A stretch of 64,000 nt of DNA from Mytilus trossulus (lineage: Eukaryota). The stretch lies in the NCBI RefSeq assembly GCF_036588685.1, contig NC_086379.1, forward strand, positions 31,310,001 through 31,374,000. Reading direction: 5' to 3'. This document shows positions 14,701 to 29,700 of the stretch, in pieces. Positions within the stretch are counted from its first letter, which is position 1; every line of letters begins with the position of its first letter. The translations under genes were made by a program, and so were the position numbers. Under the pieces are notes generated by a model. That model made no database searches, was not told the DNA's origin, and was given only the letters and a program-made list of their open reading frames with translations.

Positions 14701-17700
14701 GACTAGGTGCCTGTTCCATTCCAATGTCTACATTGTCATAATGTAGTAAGGACACAACCTAATAAAAAATTAAACATTTGTTGGTAATTATGACTGATAT
14801 TTGTTTTCTTTTTTTAGATGAATTGCTTGATGAGAATATTTTTTTTATCTAATCTGTTACACTTAATTGAAATATCAAACATTATTCTAAGTTTTAAAAC
14901 TGCTTTTCTTCAATTCTTTTTTAATGTTTTCAACCACTGTTACTGTATAAAAGCTGCAACATTCCACAACATTATTTAGAATTATAACTACTGGTAGATA
15001 AAACCTATGGAAAGATTCAGTACCTCTCACACAATTATCATCTAACTAATGTTATAAACGAGAATGACATATAGGTATATTGTAAAATATGCTGTCTTTT
15101 TCATTCTGAATCTATTTCAACAAAAATATTTATGACGAAAAATTGATCTTAAGTTATGTTGAATTGTTCATAACTTACTTGTTTTTTACTATTATTTTTG
15201 TGTAAAGAATTTCTGCTCTGTGTCCAAGATATCCCATTTGTTAGCTTTTGGTAAATTTGACAGACTCAGTTACTACAAAATGTTTTAGATCTCGACTCAG
15301 AAAGGACAAATGAGTGTATGTGCCAACCAGTATACATACAACTTGTCAATAGAGGTTATTAATACTCACAACAGGAGGTGTAGGTAGTACAAGACTACCT
15401 GAGACTTCATCATCTAACACTGTCACAGTTGTAGACATTATGTCTCCAGGCTCAGCACCTCTCATGCTTTTCTCATCCAAAACAATATAGAAAGACTCAT
15501 GCCATTCAGTATTACTGTTATATATAACATCCACAGAAAACTCAACAGATCTCACTCCTGAAAGTAAAAATAAAGTTTTGAAAATTCAAATTAAGAAAAT
15601 TTTCAGTCATTACATGTATCACCTGCAAATAATTTTTTGTAAGGTTTGTCACTACTGCATTATGAAGGAAATACAACTTTAAGGTGGTACCCAACACTTT
15701 AACTAAAATTAATTTGGCTGGTTTAACTTTTTTTTAAATTTAGAGTATTTATTTTGACCCTTATACAAAAATATCAAAAAATCAAAAAATTTGAACCAAC
15801 CATTTTATCAGAAAAAATACACTGGTTATATAGCAGCTTGACAAACACTTATTTTGATCATTGAGAAGCTTAATATTCCCTTAAAGTAACAACACAACGT
15901 AATTAAAACGTTTAGCTGATTTTACAGAGTTATCTCCCTGTAGTGTTAGGTACCACCTTAAAGTAGGAAACTCTTAAATAGCTCAATTTCTTTCTGAAAA
16001 GAAATATGAAAAATCATGAACAACATCTACATTACTAGTAAAATCCTCTTCTTCTATTCATCATTCCATAATATATGTGAAAAGTATATAAAATAGATCG
16101 AATATTGAAATATATATATCAAATAAATACAGTTTTGATCATTTTATTGTATACCTGGTTTAAACTCTAATCCCACACTTTTAGCATTATAATCCAGTCC
16201 TGACAAAGCAGATCCATCTCTAGTACTACACCTAACAACAGAGGTATGGTTCAAATCACCCATTCTCATCACCATGACAACCAATGTAGATACAACGTCA
16301 GCAAAAACTGGTTCCATTATACTGTAGTCTGCTAGCTTGAACTTTATCCTAGGAACTAAAATATGTATAACTTAAGTGATATAATTGGGACTTGAATGAA
16401 TATTGAATTTACAATTGGTTCGCCCATTAAGATATATATCTTACCATGAACAATATAAGGATGGTTATTATAATAAACAAAAATAAACTCTTTAAAATTT
16501 GCTTTGTATCAAACTCAGTAACATTTGTTATTAGAAACACATACCAGTATGTATACTTTAAAGATAGCTTTGATAGTCTTCATAGATTAAATTCAATACA
16601 TTTTTTAAGTCTGAAGATGTTGTTTAAAAAACTTGATATCATGTCTTGATGGATTTCTGTCTTATTGACATATAGTACACATCTCCTTTTTATAAAAACA
16701 ACCAAAACAAAACAATAATGTTGAAACAGTTTCAATATTAAACAAGAATGTGTCCAAAGTACACGGATGCCACACTCAATCATTTTCCATGTTCCTTGGA
16801 CCGTGAAAAAGGGTAAAAATCTAATTTGGCATTAAAATTAGAAGGATTATACCATAGGGAACATGCTACTAAGTTTCAAGTTGATTTGACTTCAATTTCA
16901 TCAAAAACTACCTTGAACAAAAACTTTAACCTGAAACTTCCATTTTCATTTTCTATGTTGAGTAGACCGTGAAATTGGGGTCAAATGTCTAATTTGGCTT
17001 TAAAATTAGAAAGATCATAGCATAAGCAATAAGTGTACTAAGTTTCAAGTTGATAGGACTTCAGCTTCAACAAAAACTACCTTGACCAAAAACTTTAACC
17101 TGAAACTCCCTCTTTCGTTTTTTTATGTCAATGGACCGTGAAATTGGGGTCAAAAGTATAATTTCGCTTTAAAATTAGAAAGATCATATCATAAGCAATA
17201 AGTTTACCAAGTTATAAGTTGATTGGACTTCAGCTTCATCAAAAACTACCTTGACCAAAAACTTTAACCTGAAGCAGGATGAACGAATGAACGGACAGAC
17301 AGACGAATGAACGAACGGAGCCACAGACCAGAAAAACATAATGCCCCTCTACTATCGTAGGTGGGGCATAAAAACAGCCAACAATGATATTGTTGAAATG
17401 TAGATTAAAATTGTTTCATAATTTGTGTCATTTGGTAGATGTTTTAGTCAGATGTCATACATGTTTAAATGGTGTCAAAATATAAAAAGTGTTCTTTTAA
17501 CTAGTAAGGAACCCTACTATCTTACCATCTTCATCATTGACAACAAAGATTGTTGTCATGGTAACCTGTCCTAATTCTGCTTTACAGAGTTCTGTCCCTT
17601 TAGGTTCTGCCAGTCTTAGATAGAATAATTCTTTGGGTTCATAATCTCCATCATCAACTATGTTAACTGAACAATTCTTAACCTGAAAAATATATAAATA

Positions 17701-20700
17701 ATTTAGAAAAGTAGTTTTCTCAATTTTTCATGACTTGGATAAAGGGAATTTATATGTTCTCAAAGTTACTTTGTTAGAAATCAATTTTAATATGGTTACA
17801 TAACTGCCAATCGATGACAATGTACAAATACAAATGCTTTCAAGATTTCCTGATAATTGTTAAACTAAATTGCAGCAATTCAGTATATTTTCCTAAAAGG
17901 TAATATAATGAAACTGAAAATTATAGTTACCTTTTCCCCAGGTAGAAATGTTATCCTGGAAACTTCTGTAAGTGGTCTTTCTGCATAGTCCATCATGACA
18001 TGTGCTGTGTTTTGTCTTGTGTAACAGATTACAGAAGATTCAAAACTAAGGTCACCTGACCTGTGCACAGGAACATGGATTGACCTTGAACTTTCATCAA
18101 CTGTGTACTCATTTGAATCAAAATGCATTATGGGAACTGAAATAAAATCAGTTGTTGAGAAAATATAAGATAATAAAAAATCAAATTAAAATGAATAAAC
18201 TTGGTCACACCTACTAAAAAACCTGTCGAACAAGAAATGTTTTGCAAAAAGTTAAACATAGATATTTCATAGATGTTTTCTGTACAATAAATATTTCATT
18301 GTTGTATTCTTGTTTCTTTTCAAAAATTTATAACCTAAAACTATTGAAACACTGGTCATACCAAATAGTTAAAAAAAAAAATATTGGAAGTTTTAAAGTA
18401 TTGAGTGAGTCCAATCAGGACTGAAGGTTTTGTAACCATTTCACCTTAACTTAAAATACAAAAAGTATTACTGGTGTTAAAAGTTCAGAGGTTTTTTTTT
18501 GTAGCTTGAGAGCTGTATATTTGAAGTGAAATACTGTATTTTATAGAAAGTTTACTCAAGCATATATGTTTGTGTATAATCTACATGTGTTATAAAATGA
18601 AGGCAACTTTTAGTTTACTTTGTATTATTTCTTTGCCAAAACTTACTGTCTAGTTCATTGTCATAGATGCTAATACTGGCAACATAAGGCATGGAAAGAA
18701 TACTGCCTATTGGTGTACTAAGGAACACAGCAAAGGTTTCATTGCCTTCTAACTTAGGATCAGCAGCATCATCTAGTATGGTTATTCTACATTTCTGAGA
18801 CGAAAATAACAATCATAGATTTGAAAAAATAAAACATAGCAACTCACAAATAAAAATTTGAGCTGTCACCTTTTAAAAGGATAAAGCTGAAATTCAAAAG
18901 GGGGACTTATGTCAATCGATGTAAACAATTCACCAACATGTCATAAAAATTGGTTAAAGTGTTTTTAAGTTATTTTCCGACATGTTGCAAATGGCAGACA
19001 GACAAATGGACAACCCTCTCATAACAGGTGTATAATAAAAACTAATAAAACATATTTTTAAAAACTGTTAAGTTAAAAATACAGAGACAATACCATGGGG
19101 GCAACACATGCTGCTAATGACAAATTTCATGCACAACAGGTACTGTATATGCTATCTTAATTGATCTGATCAAAATATTACTACAGTTTTTGCAAGACTC
19201 TAAATGGTTCCATTGTTGATTTGATATAAAAAAAAAAAGACTTGAGGCTATTTTTTACTTTTATCAAATTTCTAGACAGACATTAAACATACCAATTAAA
19301 ACCCTTTTGAAAGTTATTACCTGAATTGTCTCGCCCGGGGCAAATGTAATTTGACTTGAGCTAGGGATATAATCCTGTCTGGGTGTGGCAGATGGTGGTT
19401 CTGTCATCCTTGTAGCACACCAGACCATGGAGTCATGTGACAGATCTGATCCACGACGTACAACTTCCACTTCCACATCACCAGAGTTCTCATCAAAATG
19501 GTACTGAGACAAAGACAGATGAATAATGGATTCTAAATAAAAAAAAGACATTAAACAAATAATTATCATTGTGTCCCATTCTTTATTGTCAAAATCTTTT
19601 GATTGTTGCTATAGTAACATCACATTGCTAACTGGAAAAACTCCAGTTATAAAGCTTGAATCATGCATATGTATCTATAGTTTTACTATAAAGTGCCAAA
19701 AGTGTCAAGATATTTCTTGTGTCATGAACTTCTGAAGAAATCAATAACTGTTTCAAAATATAGTTACACTTTTTTTTTTCAAGCACACATCAACCAGGTC
19801 ACTTAGGAATAGACATTCCTATCATTAGTTACCAAAATATCTTTTACAGGAAGGAAATCATCAAAGTTAATAATTAAATAGACCTATTTTGTATGCAAAT
19901 TTGTAAGCCGTAACTTAAAATTACACACATTTATTGAATATTTCATTTGTAAAATCCAGTGTGTTGTATAAAAGAGCAAATTAAAGATAATGAAAACTAT
20001 ATTCATACCATCATTTGGTCCCATAATAATGACTGTAGCCTTGTCAGATGGACCAACAATAGTGTTGTATGTTGGGGCTGACAACACCAACTCAAACTGC
20101 TCAGAAGACTCATATTCACTGTCATCTATTATCTGAAAATAACAATAAAATGTATGATATCCACATATCTATTGTTTCATAATCAAAGTTAGAAAGAAAG
20201 AAATTTTATCACTTCTTGTTCTCTAAAGTGCTATTGTTAACACTGTTACAAGCCAATGGAAAATAAAGCAATATACTAAGGATGAACTATGCTTTTTACT
20301 AAGATATTTTATCTTTTTTCAGGTCTTCACAGATTGAGCTACTGTATTATTCTCTTTTTTATGTCTATAGATAAGTTGTTTTCAGTATATAGACATAACT
20401 TTTCTCTTTAAAAATAACACAAATGCACTCAGCTTATTATATTTATAGAATAACTAATCGAAGAATTCAAATTGAGAAAACTTTTCAACGAGTGACCAAA
20501 CAACACATTAATTCACGAATGCGCGTATTAATCAGTGTTGTACAGTCGCGAGTTGAATATTTTTCAATATTTGAATTCTTTAATTAGTTATTCTTTTTAT
20601 TACATTGGCAAATTTTTTTTTTTTAAAGAAATAAAGGTAAAACATGTAAGGAACTATATCTTTTTTGTATGCATTTGTTTTGATCCGCCGTTCTCGACAT

Positions 20701-23700
20701 CTTGACAACGCCTATTATTATACCTTGCATATATTTCACACAATTCTATTGGGTGAAACGTTATCACGTGAAATGAAATAATTCAGTAAATTTTCATTCA
20801 ATTGCAAGGAAGGACGAATAACCCTAAGGCCACGGTTTTTTAATTTGTTGGTTTACGGATTTTCTCCATGAAAAAGTCAGGTCGGTCGGTCGGGAAAAAA
20901 AAGAAAAAAAAAGATCTTTCAAGACAGAAAACATATGCAAAATAAAAATATATTTCACCTTTCTAATAATATGTTTGTCATACTATTTTTTCATCGTTCT
21001 TAAATTTTAGTTTGATGAAATATTATTGCTCAGCTGTAAACATCGCATGACATTGTCTAATAATTTCCCGTAAAAAAAAGGGGGGTACACTGACAAAGAC
21101 GAAATTAAATCGTCATTTCACAAACAAGAAAAACAGATTCACGTCAGTTATTTGACTTAGCTTTTAATCAAAACTTGGTGAAAAATAATAAGCACGAAAA
21201 CTGATAAAGAAAAAAAAGTAAAAACGTCGTACGAAAATAAGTTTCAACACACGTGTCAAAAACGTAATAGACTCGTCCACTGGAAAAACGAGAATATCAG
21301 GTTAAATAATCTGTTGTCATGCATTCCCGTTTTTACTCCAAATGGACGATATTTTTTTATTATCTGTAAAACAAGAAAATATCAAATGATTTGTTAAAAT
21401 TTGAAGTATTAAAGCATTGTGAAAAACAACTATTTCATTAAATAAATTTAAGTCAGATATTCCTATGATATTCCTTTTCATATTGGATACAAACTTTATT
21501 AAGTCAACTGCAGACACTTTGTAGTCGAAGTGTTTCAACTGAGGTAATACACAGGCGTCAAAAGGCGTCATTATGGAGTAAAGGGGGTGGCGTCAAAAGG
21601 CGTCATTATGGAGGAAAGGGTTAACTTGATGTCTTGAACTTCCACCTGTCCACATTTGGACAAGTCTATTTATATGAGAACATGCATCTTACTGACTGGT
21701 GACAAATAAGGGAAACGAACTTATTGTGTAATTGGTTTTAAACACAGGTTTCGTTCCGCAAAATTATTTGCGCAAACGACATTTCAAGGTCATTAATAAT
21801 TGATTTGTCTATTTTTAGAAACGTAAACTGAAAGTTTCATTTTTCACAACAGAAAGTGTCATCACTTCTGTTAGTGATTAATGCATTTCATTTCATAAAA
21901 AAGGATATTTTAATTATTTTTCAGGGATAATGCATTTGTTAGGGTCGGCGAGAATAAAAAAAAGCCTGAAAATTCGATTTTATTTTTATTTTGGAAATCG
22001 GCAAAATCGGGTCGGCGGATCCGTAAACCAACAAATTAAAAAATCCTGGCCTAAAAATGACACCAGTGGTGAATAACCTTTTGAGTTTGTTGATTTGTAC
22101 TTGAATAACCTACCATATGAATGACGTCACAGACATAAATAAACAAAATGGCAGAGTTCACATTACACTGGCATCCCATCGAGAGAAGAGGAAATAAGGC
22201 ATTTGACATGAATAGAGCTGAGAGTGCCAGCAGCAGATCATATCTCTTATAAACAGTCTTTTTCATGGCCATCAATATTTTTCAAAAAGATTCTTCTTTT
22301 GTTATAAATTCAAGAAATCGAACACAAATGTATTTTCAAACATCAGTCTGTGTGTTATGTAAAAAATATAGACAAGTGTTTGTTATTACCTTCCACTGTT
22401 AGTTTGGTATATTAAAACAATTGTGGCCCCTTAGAATCAATGAATATTCAAAATTGTCAACCCTTAAAAGTTATTTCACTTTGTGCTGCTCCCTCATTGA
22501 AATAACCTTCTTGTGTTGACAATTTTGGAAATTTACATTTTCAACGGGCCATAATTTTATATTGTTGTATGACGTCAGAGAGTGAAATAACCACGTTTAT
22601 TTCACATGTGAAATTATTGGTTTTTATTTAACTGGAAAATCAATGTAATTCATTGCAACCAATGTAAGAATTATATTTATGAAGTAATATGAGCCTGATT
22701 CACAGTGTCCAACTGGACCTTTACCTTGACATCACAGTTAGCCCTGGTCATCCCTGGTTGAAATGTCACTCTATATACATTAGTCTGACCTCTACTGATG
22801 TAGTCTGAGCCTGATTCAAGAGAGTCCAGACTGCTACCTTTGGCTGTAAGACTGGTGGTGTAACACACCACAGATACACTCGAACTTAAATCACCTGTAA
22901 TCATTTTGATGAAAAAAGTATTCTATATGTTGTATATTGTAAATTAAGAAATTATTGCATGCATTTTTTTATTTTTTTTTTAAGAACGAGCGAAAATGCG
23001 AGGTTTATTAATGCTGTTAAAGGAAAATCTGCACAATTACTTCTGAATATACAGTAATACATAAAAAAGAACATGTTTAGTACTTGAAATGTGAGTAGGA
23101 GCTAACGGATACAAAATACCAATTTAATTTTAATGTCATCACAAAAAAATAAAATAGAAATAGAAAAAAGAAATGTAAAGTCATCAGAAGAGTAGCCCTT
23201 TTGAATGTTTGTACAAAACCAGAAAATTTGAAACTAAATTATGAGGTTAACTGGTTATGATATCAATGCATGATCCATTAAGAAGTGATACAGATAATTC
23301 TATTTATCAACTTGTATATTGAGGACATATAAAGCTTAAATTGTGATTCATTTCTGGTTGCACATTTTAAGATCATCAAATATCTCTGGTTATATTTTCT
23401 GAACTTCCCAGAAATATTTTCTATAGTCACTTGGGTAATTTTATATTACCTGTTCTAATAAGGGCAGCTGAAACAACTCCACTTGTCTCATTTACACTGT
23501 ATACAAGGTCCTTGAATTGAATGGTAGGCACTGAAATGATAACGACAGACATGTAAATAAGCCAACAATTTTATTTACTTATCAATTTGTATTTCTTACT
23601 GTGTTTGTATGCTTGGAGAAGATATAAAAGTAGGTATGTATAATTAGGTCATATAATCCCAAGACCTAAGTATGTCCAACATAAAATTAACTATACCAAA

Positions 23701-26700
23701 ATTAGACTTTTAGATCGACAAAAATGTTAAATTTTCTAAAACGATAACATTTTGAAGCTGAATTAGTTTCAAGACAAATTTTAACAAAATAAAGTTTCTA
23801 TAGGCAAATGCATTTTTCTTATCTATTCTTTTTTCATACTACATGGTAAAGGATAATATCATCCCAAAATGTTAGAGTTTAACCAATTTGAAGCATACAT
23901 ATTTAAAAAGAAAAGCACTTCATATAATACACTTACTGTCTTCTTCATCAGATATGATCACAGCGACCTTATTCTTAATTCCAATCAGACTATACACAGG
24001 CTGTATCAGGTCTACAGAGAATCTTTCTGGACCTTCAAATATTGAGTCATCATTGATGATAATACTACACACTTTCATATCCTGCCAAGCATCAAACTGG
24101 ACCTGTCCTGAATGTTCCCTATAATCCTGGTCCCCTGGTCTAGTCACTGATTGGGTATAGGTTGCAGTGTCTGGACTGGTTTTACATGTAACTACACTAT
24201 ACTGGAAACAAAAGAATGGTTAACGTCAGGGTTTATACTCAATTGCAGAAAATTGTATACATTAAAGACATACATTAGTCAAAACATATGTATAGAAATT
24301 GTTTATCACAACAAATTGAGAGAGAAAAAATTTGATTCTATTATAAGTAGACTTTATCTTAATTGTTTTGATTCTTCTTAGAGAAAGGACATCAATAGTG
24401 ACTTGGGTAGAGAACTAAGGCAGCAGGTACTGCTTAAAATTCTTCTTAAATAATTGCCTCAGGGTGTTAATCAAATCAAATGTATATGGCAGCAAGACCA
24501 GTGCTAACCTATGACATCTTTAGCAAATATCACATTGCTTAAAAATGTCTGACTAGAAAATATGAGTAAAAATGTGGGAAGAACATGTCAATGAAACAGC
24601 AACACAACAATACATTACCTGCTTCAGATTTCCTTTTTTAACAACTGGTACCCTGATGACTCCTGCTGACTCTGATACATTGTATTCAGGGGAGATAAAC
24701 TCGATCACAGACCACATGATGTGGAATATATTATTGGATATTCGATTGGGCTTACTATCAACAAGGTCAAAGGTGAACATATCTTCAGTTATATCATCCT
24801 TGCTGGTCAGTACATAGCTAATTACTTCATGGTCAATGTCATCTGAAAGTAAGGATAACAAGTCATAAACAAATCAAATCTTTTCTCTCTCAATTGCACG
24901 ATGCAATTAGGGTTTGATCTATGTAAATTTTAATACCAGTAATATTTTACAGTGTAGTTTTTAACTCTTCCCCCTCCTCTATCCATATAGTAGTGACACC
25001 ATATTGATTCAGAACTTTTTTCCAATTGATTTGTTATTTTTGTATTCATTTATCATTTTCTCATTGACATTTATTTTACTGATGAATGAAATCAGAAACT
25101 GTGTGCTTCAAATTGTTTACAAATTAATAAAGCAAACCTCACTCTCCTTTTTGACAGACTTATAAACTGTTATTCAATAAGTGTAAACATATCAAAACAG
25201 TAATCATCTGTAACATTTAAAGTGTGTGCAGACTAAAACTGTTATGCAGACATAATTGTTAACCTTGTGTGAAAGAATATATAGCCACTGTAGGATTAGC
25301 AGTATTCTCTAGTCTTCCATATTCTGGTCCCCTGGTTATCACATAAGTCAGCTCAACTGGTACAGTATCAACATCAGTGGCCTCCAGTTCTCGTGGAGTT
25401 ATCAAATTATAGGCCTGCGAAGCATACAAAGGGTGTAATATAGAACTGCATTCATATATACTCCTTATAGTAAATAGAACACAAGAACTTTAGTTAGTTT
25501 GTTCACATACCAGATGTCCCACATTAATGAAAAAAAGAAAAGAGCATTCCTCAAAGAAATTTCTCATTTTTGTTTTTTTCTCTTGATTATCAAAACTTTC
25601 TCAGAAAGCTGAGACGGTTTCACATAATTTATAAGGAAGGAAGCTAAATTTCTAAGTTCTGCATAGGTCCTCTTTAGAATATTCTTTTATTAAGTTTAAA
25701 TCAACTCACCTGATTTCCTGACTGTTCCAAAAACTGTAATCCTAAGTTTGTTTTTAGAACAGGACTTCCATCATCTAGTGGCATGATATCAATTTCAAAA
25801 TCCTACAAAAATAATATGTAATTGTCATTTCTATAAGCCTAATAGCTTTTAAAACAGGTGTATAAGATAGTAGGCTGATAGTTAAGATACAGATCCCCTC
25901 AGACAAGAAAAAAAATACAGTACAGTTATTTTCTACATCTATGTTCTATTGAAGTCTATTCTTGAGAAAGGATTCTCATCCTGAGACCCATAAAAAGAAG
26001 CTTACAAAATCCTCTATGCATAGATGGAAAATAAAGTATTTCAAGGAATAAAATACACCAATCTAAATATTCCAAAAATATCTAGGGTCTTCAAAAACTA
26101 TATTCTGTACTCGGACTACACAATTTGTGCTCCAAATGTCAAATCTATTATTTTGATTGATTGATTCCTCACTCAGATGTTGAAGGACAGTAAGCCCTGT
26201 GACTGATTCCAAAACCTTATTGAATAACGGTTAATGGAATTTTATGAACTTCACATTTATTATTACATAACAATGCACTATGCCAATAGCTATTTTTCTG
26301 GCCATATTAAACTGGAAGTTGAAGCAAAAACATATACTCTACCTCAGGATCTCTTTTAACACTTATATCACCACGACTCTGATCTTTCTGCATAGCAAAC
26401 ACCTTAGTGGCGCCATCTGTCACAGTAAAGGAAAAGTTATCCTGAAGTGTTTCGCTCCCATCATGATGATAACTGATTAGCCCATTATAGATATCAGCCA
26501 TAGAGAAGGTAGTCACAGGCATGTAAAAGTCTCCTTGTTTTAAATCCAGTCTTCCATGCACTGGCAGATTTACGATATGAAATATCAAAGAACTTTCCTA
26601 CAATAAAATAAAAATACATCACCCATGTATTCAGTAAGCTGAAATTTGCACAGAAATCTCTTGAGATACCTGATATCTATCCTGCAAGAAATTACAACTA

Positions 26701-29700
26701 GTATGTTAGATTTATTTATTTTTATTTTCCAGGAGTGCATGGTTTGAAAAAAATATTTTTTTTTTACACAACATCAATAACAATAATATGATAATGTTCT
26801 AGGTATATGACTGTGCAAAAGAAATTCAGGTTCTGTTCTTACTGTCTCAGCTGTCTTGTAAAGCAAAACTCAAATAATGCCATCATACAGCATTACTTCT
26901 ACTAACATTCATGAAATTACAACCTATATGAAGCTTTTAAACTCCAGAATAACTACACAATGCCATACCCTCCATGATAATGTACAATTACTAAAAATAC
27001 TGGCACTTAAATGCAAAATAATTCAATGAAAGCAATCTTCTTCATGTATTATTCATTCTGATGTCAGTGTAGACTATTTTCTTATTACCGGTAATATAGT
27101 AATGGTGTACTGACATATGATGAGAGTCCATTATGGACCAAAACTGATCAGCTATGAATCATCATAAGGCACTTTTAATTATATGTCTGGGCATATACTA
27201 TCGGTATATTTTTTATATTTCCTTTCCAACTTTTGAATCCAGATTATATAATTTTGGACATGTAAACTTCTCTGTAGTAGGACATTCTGTTACTGGGTCA
27301 AGATATAACAACTAAACGAGGTAAACTCGAGCTTTCAATTGATGCAATTTAGGAAAAATTCTGCTCAAGTTTTCTAAACAAAATCCTCAGAAAGCAGTAT
27401 ATTTCCCCTCAAACTAGACCAATTGCCAGCTCATTTTACTCATTTTATTTTGTCTCAGTTGACTCAGAACCAAAAAATGTCATACCACAGAGAAGGTAAC
27501 CAGTCAAAAACGTCAACTCCAGAGTTAAAAGTATGTCAATATGAAAAAAGTCTATTGTAAACTATTTTTCTAGACTAAAGTCAACAGATCTTACAGGAGT
27601 ATCTTGATCCTCAGCCTTCAGATCATATTCTGTGATGGTTTTCCTCACCCCCTCTTGGACCCTGAGACCATTATTAGTCACAATAGGTATTTCATCATCC
27701 ACGGGAGTAATGGTTATATACAACTTCTGAGTGATCTGTGAAAAAAAATTAAAATTATTGTTTTACTTATATATGTGTTGTGTTATATAAGTATTGTTTA
27801 TACAAACAGAAAAGCAATTTCAGTTTACAAGTAATTATTTTATGATAAAGATAATGACATCATGCATGCAATTAATTAACATACAGACCACTTGGAGATT
27901 TGCTCTATCAGAATCCCTCAACCGTTACACAAACAAAAAATTACACAACCTCCTACAGAAACTACAGAAATAACATTCCCACTATGAGACTACAAGAAAT
28001 ATATAGTAAGAGACAACAAGAAAATACAATAGAACACTACAAGAAAATACAATATGATACTACAAGAAAATACAATAGAACACTACAAGAAAATACAATA
28101 TGATACTACAAGAAAATACAATATGAGTTAACAGAATACAAACACCATTGAAGTTTGTATAAACTATAATATAAGTAAATTGACCATGGTCGAAATTTTG
28201 TCAGACCAACTGCTAAACACAAAATAATAATATTTTCATAGAATTGTACTGCTTTTGAAAATATAAATGGCAAGTTTTTACTTAAAATAAAAAAAAAAAA
28301 TGGGTGGTGATGAAAACAAAATTTGGCTCCGAAATATAAATTCTAAGTGTTTTTTACTGGATAGTCAAGACGCTAAATGGCCAATGATTTCTTAACTATC
28401 CTTTTTACCTGATTACTCCCATCGGAGACAGAGAATGTAAAACTATCCATGTATATTTCCTCTTTACTGGTGTGTATATAACATACACTGTTTGCTGCAA
28501 GGTCTGACTGGGTAAATTCAGATATTGGTATTCCTGCAAAAAAAATATCTAATGTCATTCTTTGTTCAGCATATATGATTTGACTTTTAAACACTGGATT
28601 CATGTATTAAAATTGTGAACAAGAATGTGTCCATAGTACATTGATGTCCCACCGGTACAATCACTTTCTATGTTCAGTAGACCATAAAATTTTGGTCAAC
28701 TCTAATTTGGCATAAATTAGCAAGATCATAGCATAGGGAACATGTTGATTGGATTTCAACTTCATCAAAAATTACCTAAACCAAAAAATTTAACCCAAAA
28801 CTAAAACTTGAAGCAGGGCAGACGAATGAATGGACAGACAAGCGAACAGACACAGACCAAAAAACATGCCCCTAAATTGGGCATAAAAATAAATAGTTGC
28901 AAATCATTCAAACAGTGCTAAATGAGAAACAAAGTATCCATGAAAGCAAGTTGATTAACTACAATGAATTATATTTTAAAATACCTTGATTACTGGTAAG
29001 TTCTAGATGACCCAGATTATATTTTACAATACCTTGATTACTGGTAAGTTCTAGATGACCCAGATTATATTTTAAAATACCTTGATTACTGGTAAGTTCT
29101 AGATGACCCAGATTATATTTTAAAATACCTTGATTACTGATAAGTTCTAGGTGACCCAGATTATATTTTACAATACCTTGATTACTGGTAAGTTCTAGAT
29201 GACCCAGATTACATTTTACAATACCTTGATTACTGGTAAGTTCTAGATGACCCAGATTATATTTTAAAATACCTTGATTACTGGTAAGTTCTAGATGACC
29301 CAGATTATATTTTACAATACCTTGATTACTGGTAAGTTCTAGATGACCCAGATTATATTTTAAAATACCTTGATTACTGGTAAGTTCTAGATGACCCAGA
29401 TTATATTTTAAAATACCTTGATTACTGATAAGTTCTAGATGACCCAGATTATATTTTAAAATACCTTGATTACTGGTAAGTTCTAGATGACCCAGATTAT
29501 ATTTTAAAATACCTTGATTACTGGTAAGTTCTAGATGACCCAGATTATATTTTACAATACCTTGATTACTGATAAGTTCTAGATGACCCAGATTATATTT
29601 TACAATACCTTGATTACTGATAAGTTCTAGATGACCCAGATTACATTTTAAAATATATTTTAAAATACCTTGATTACTGGTAAGTTCTAGATGGCCCAGA

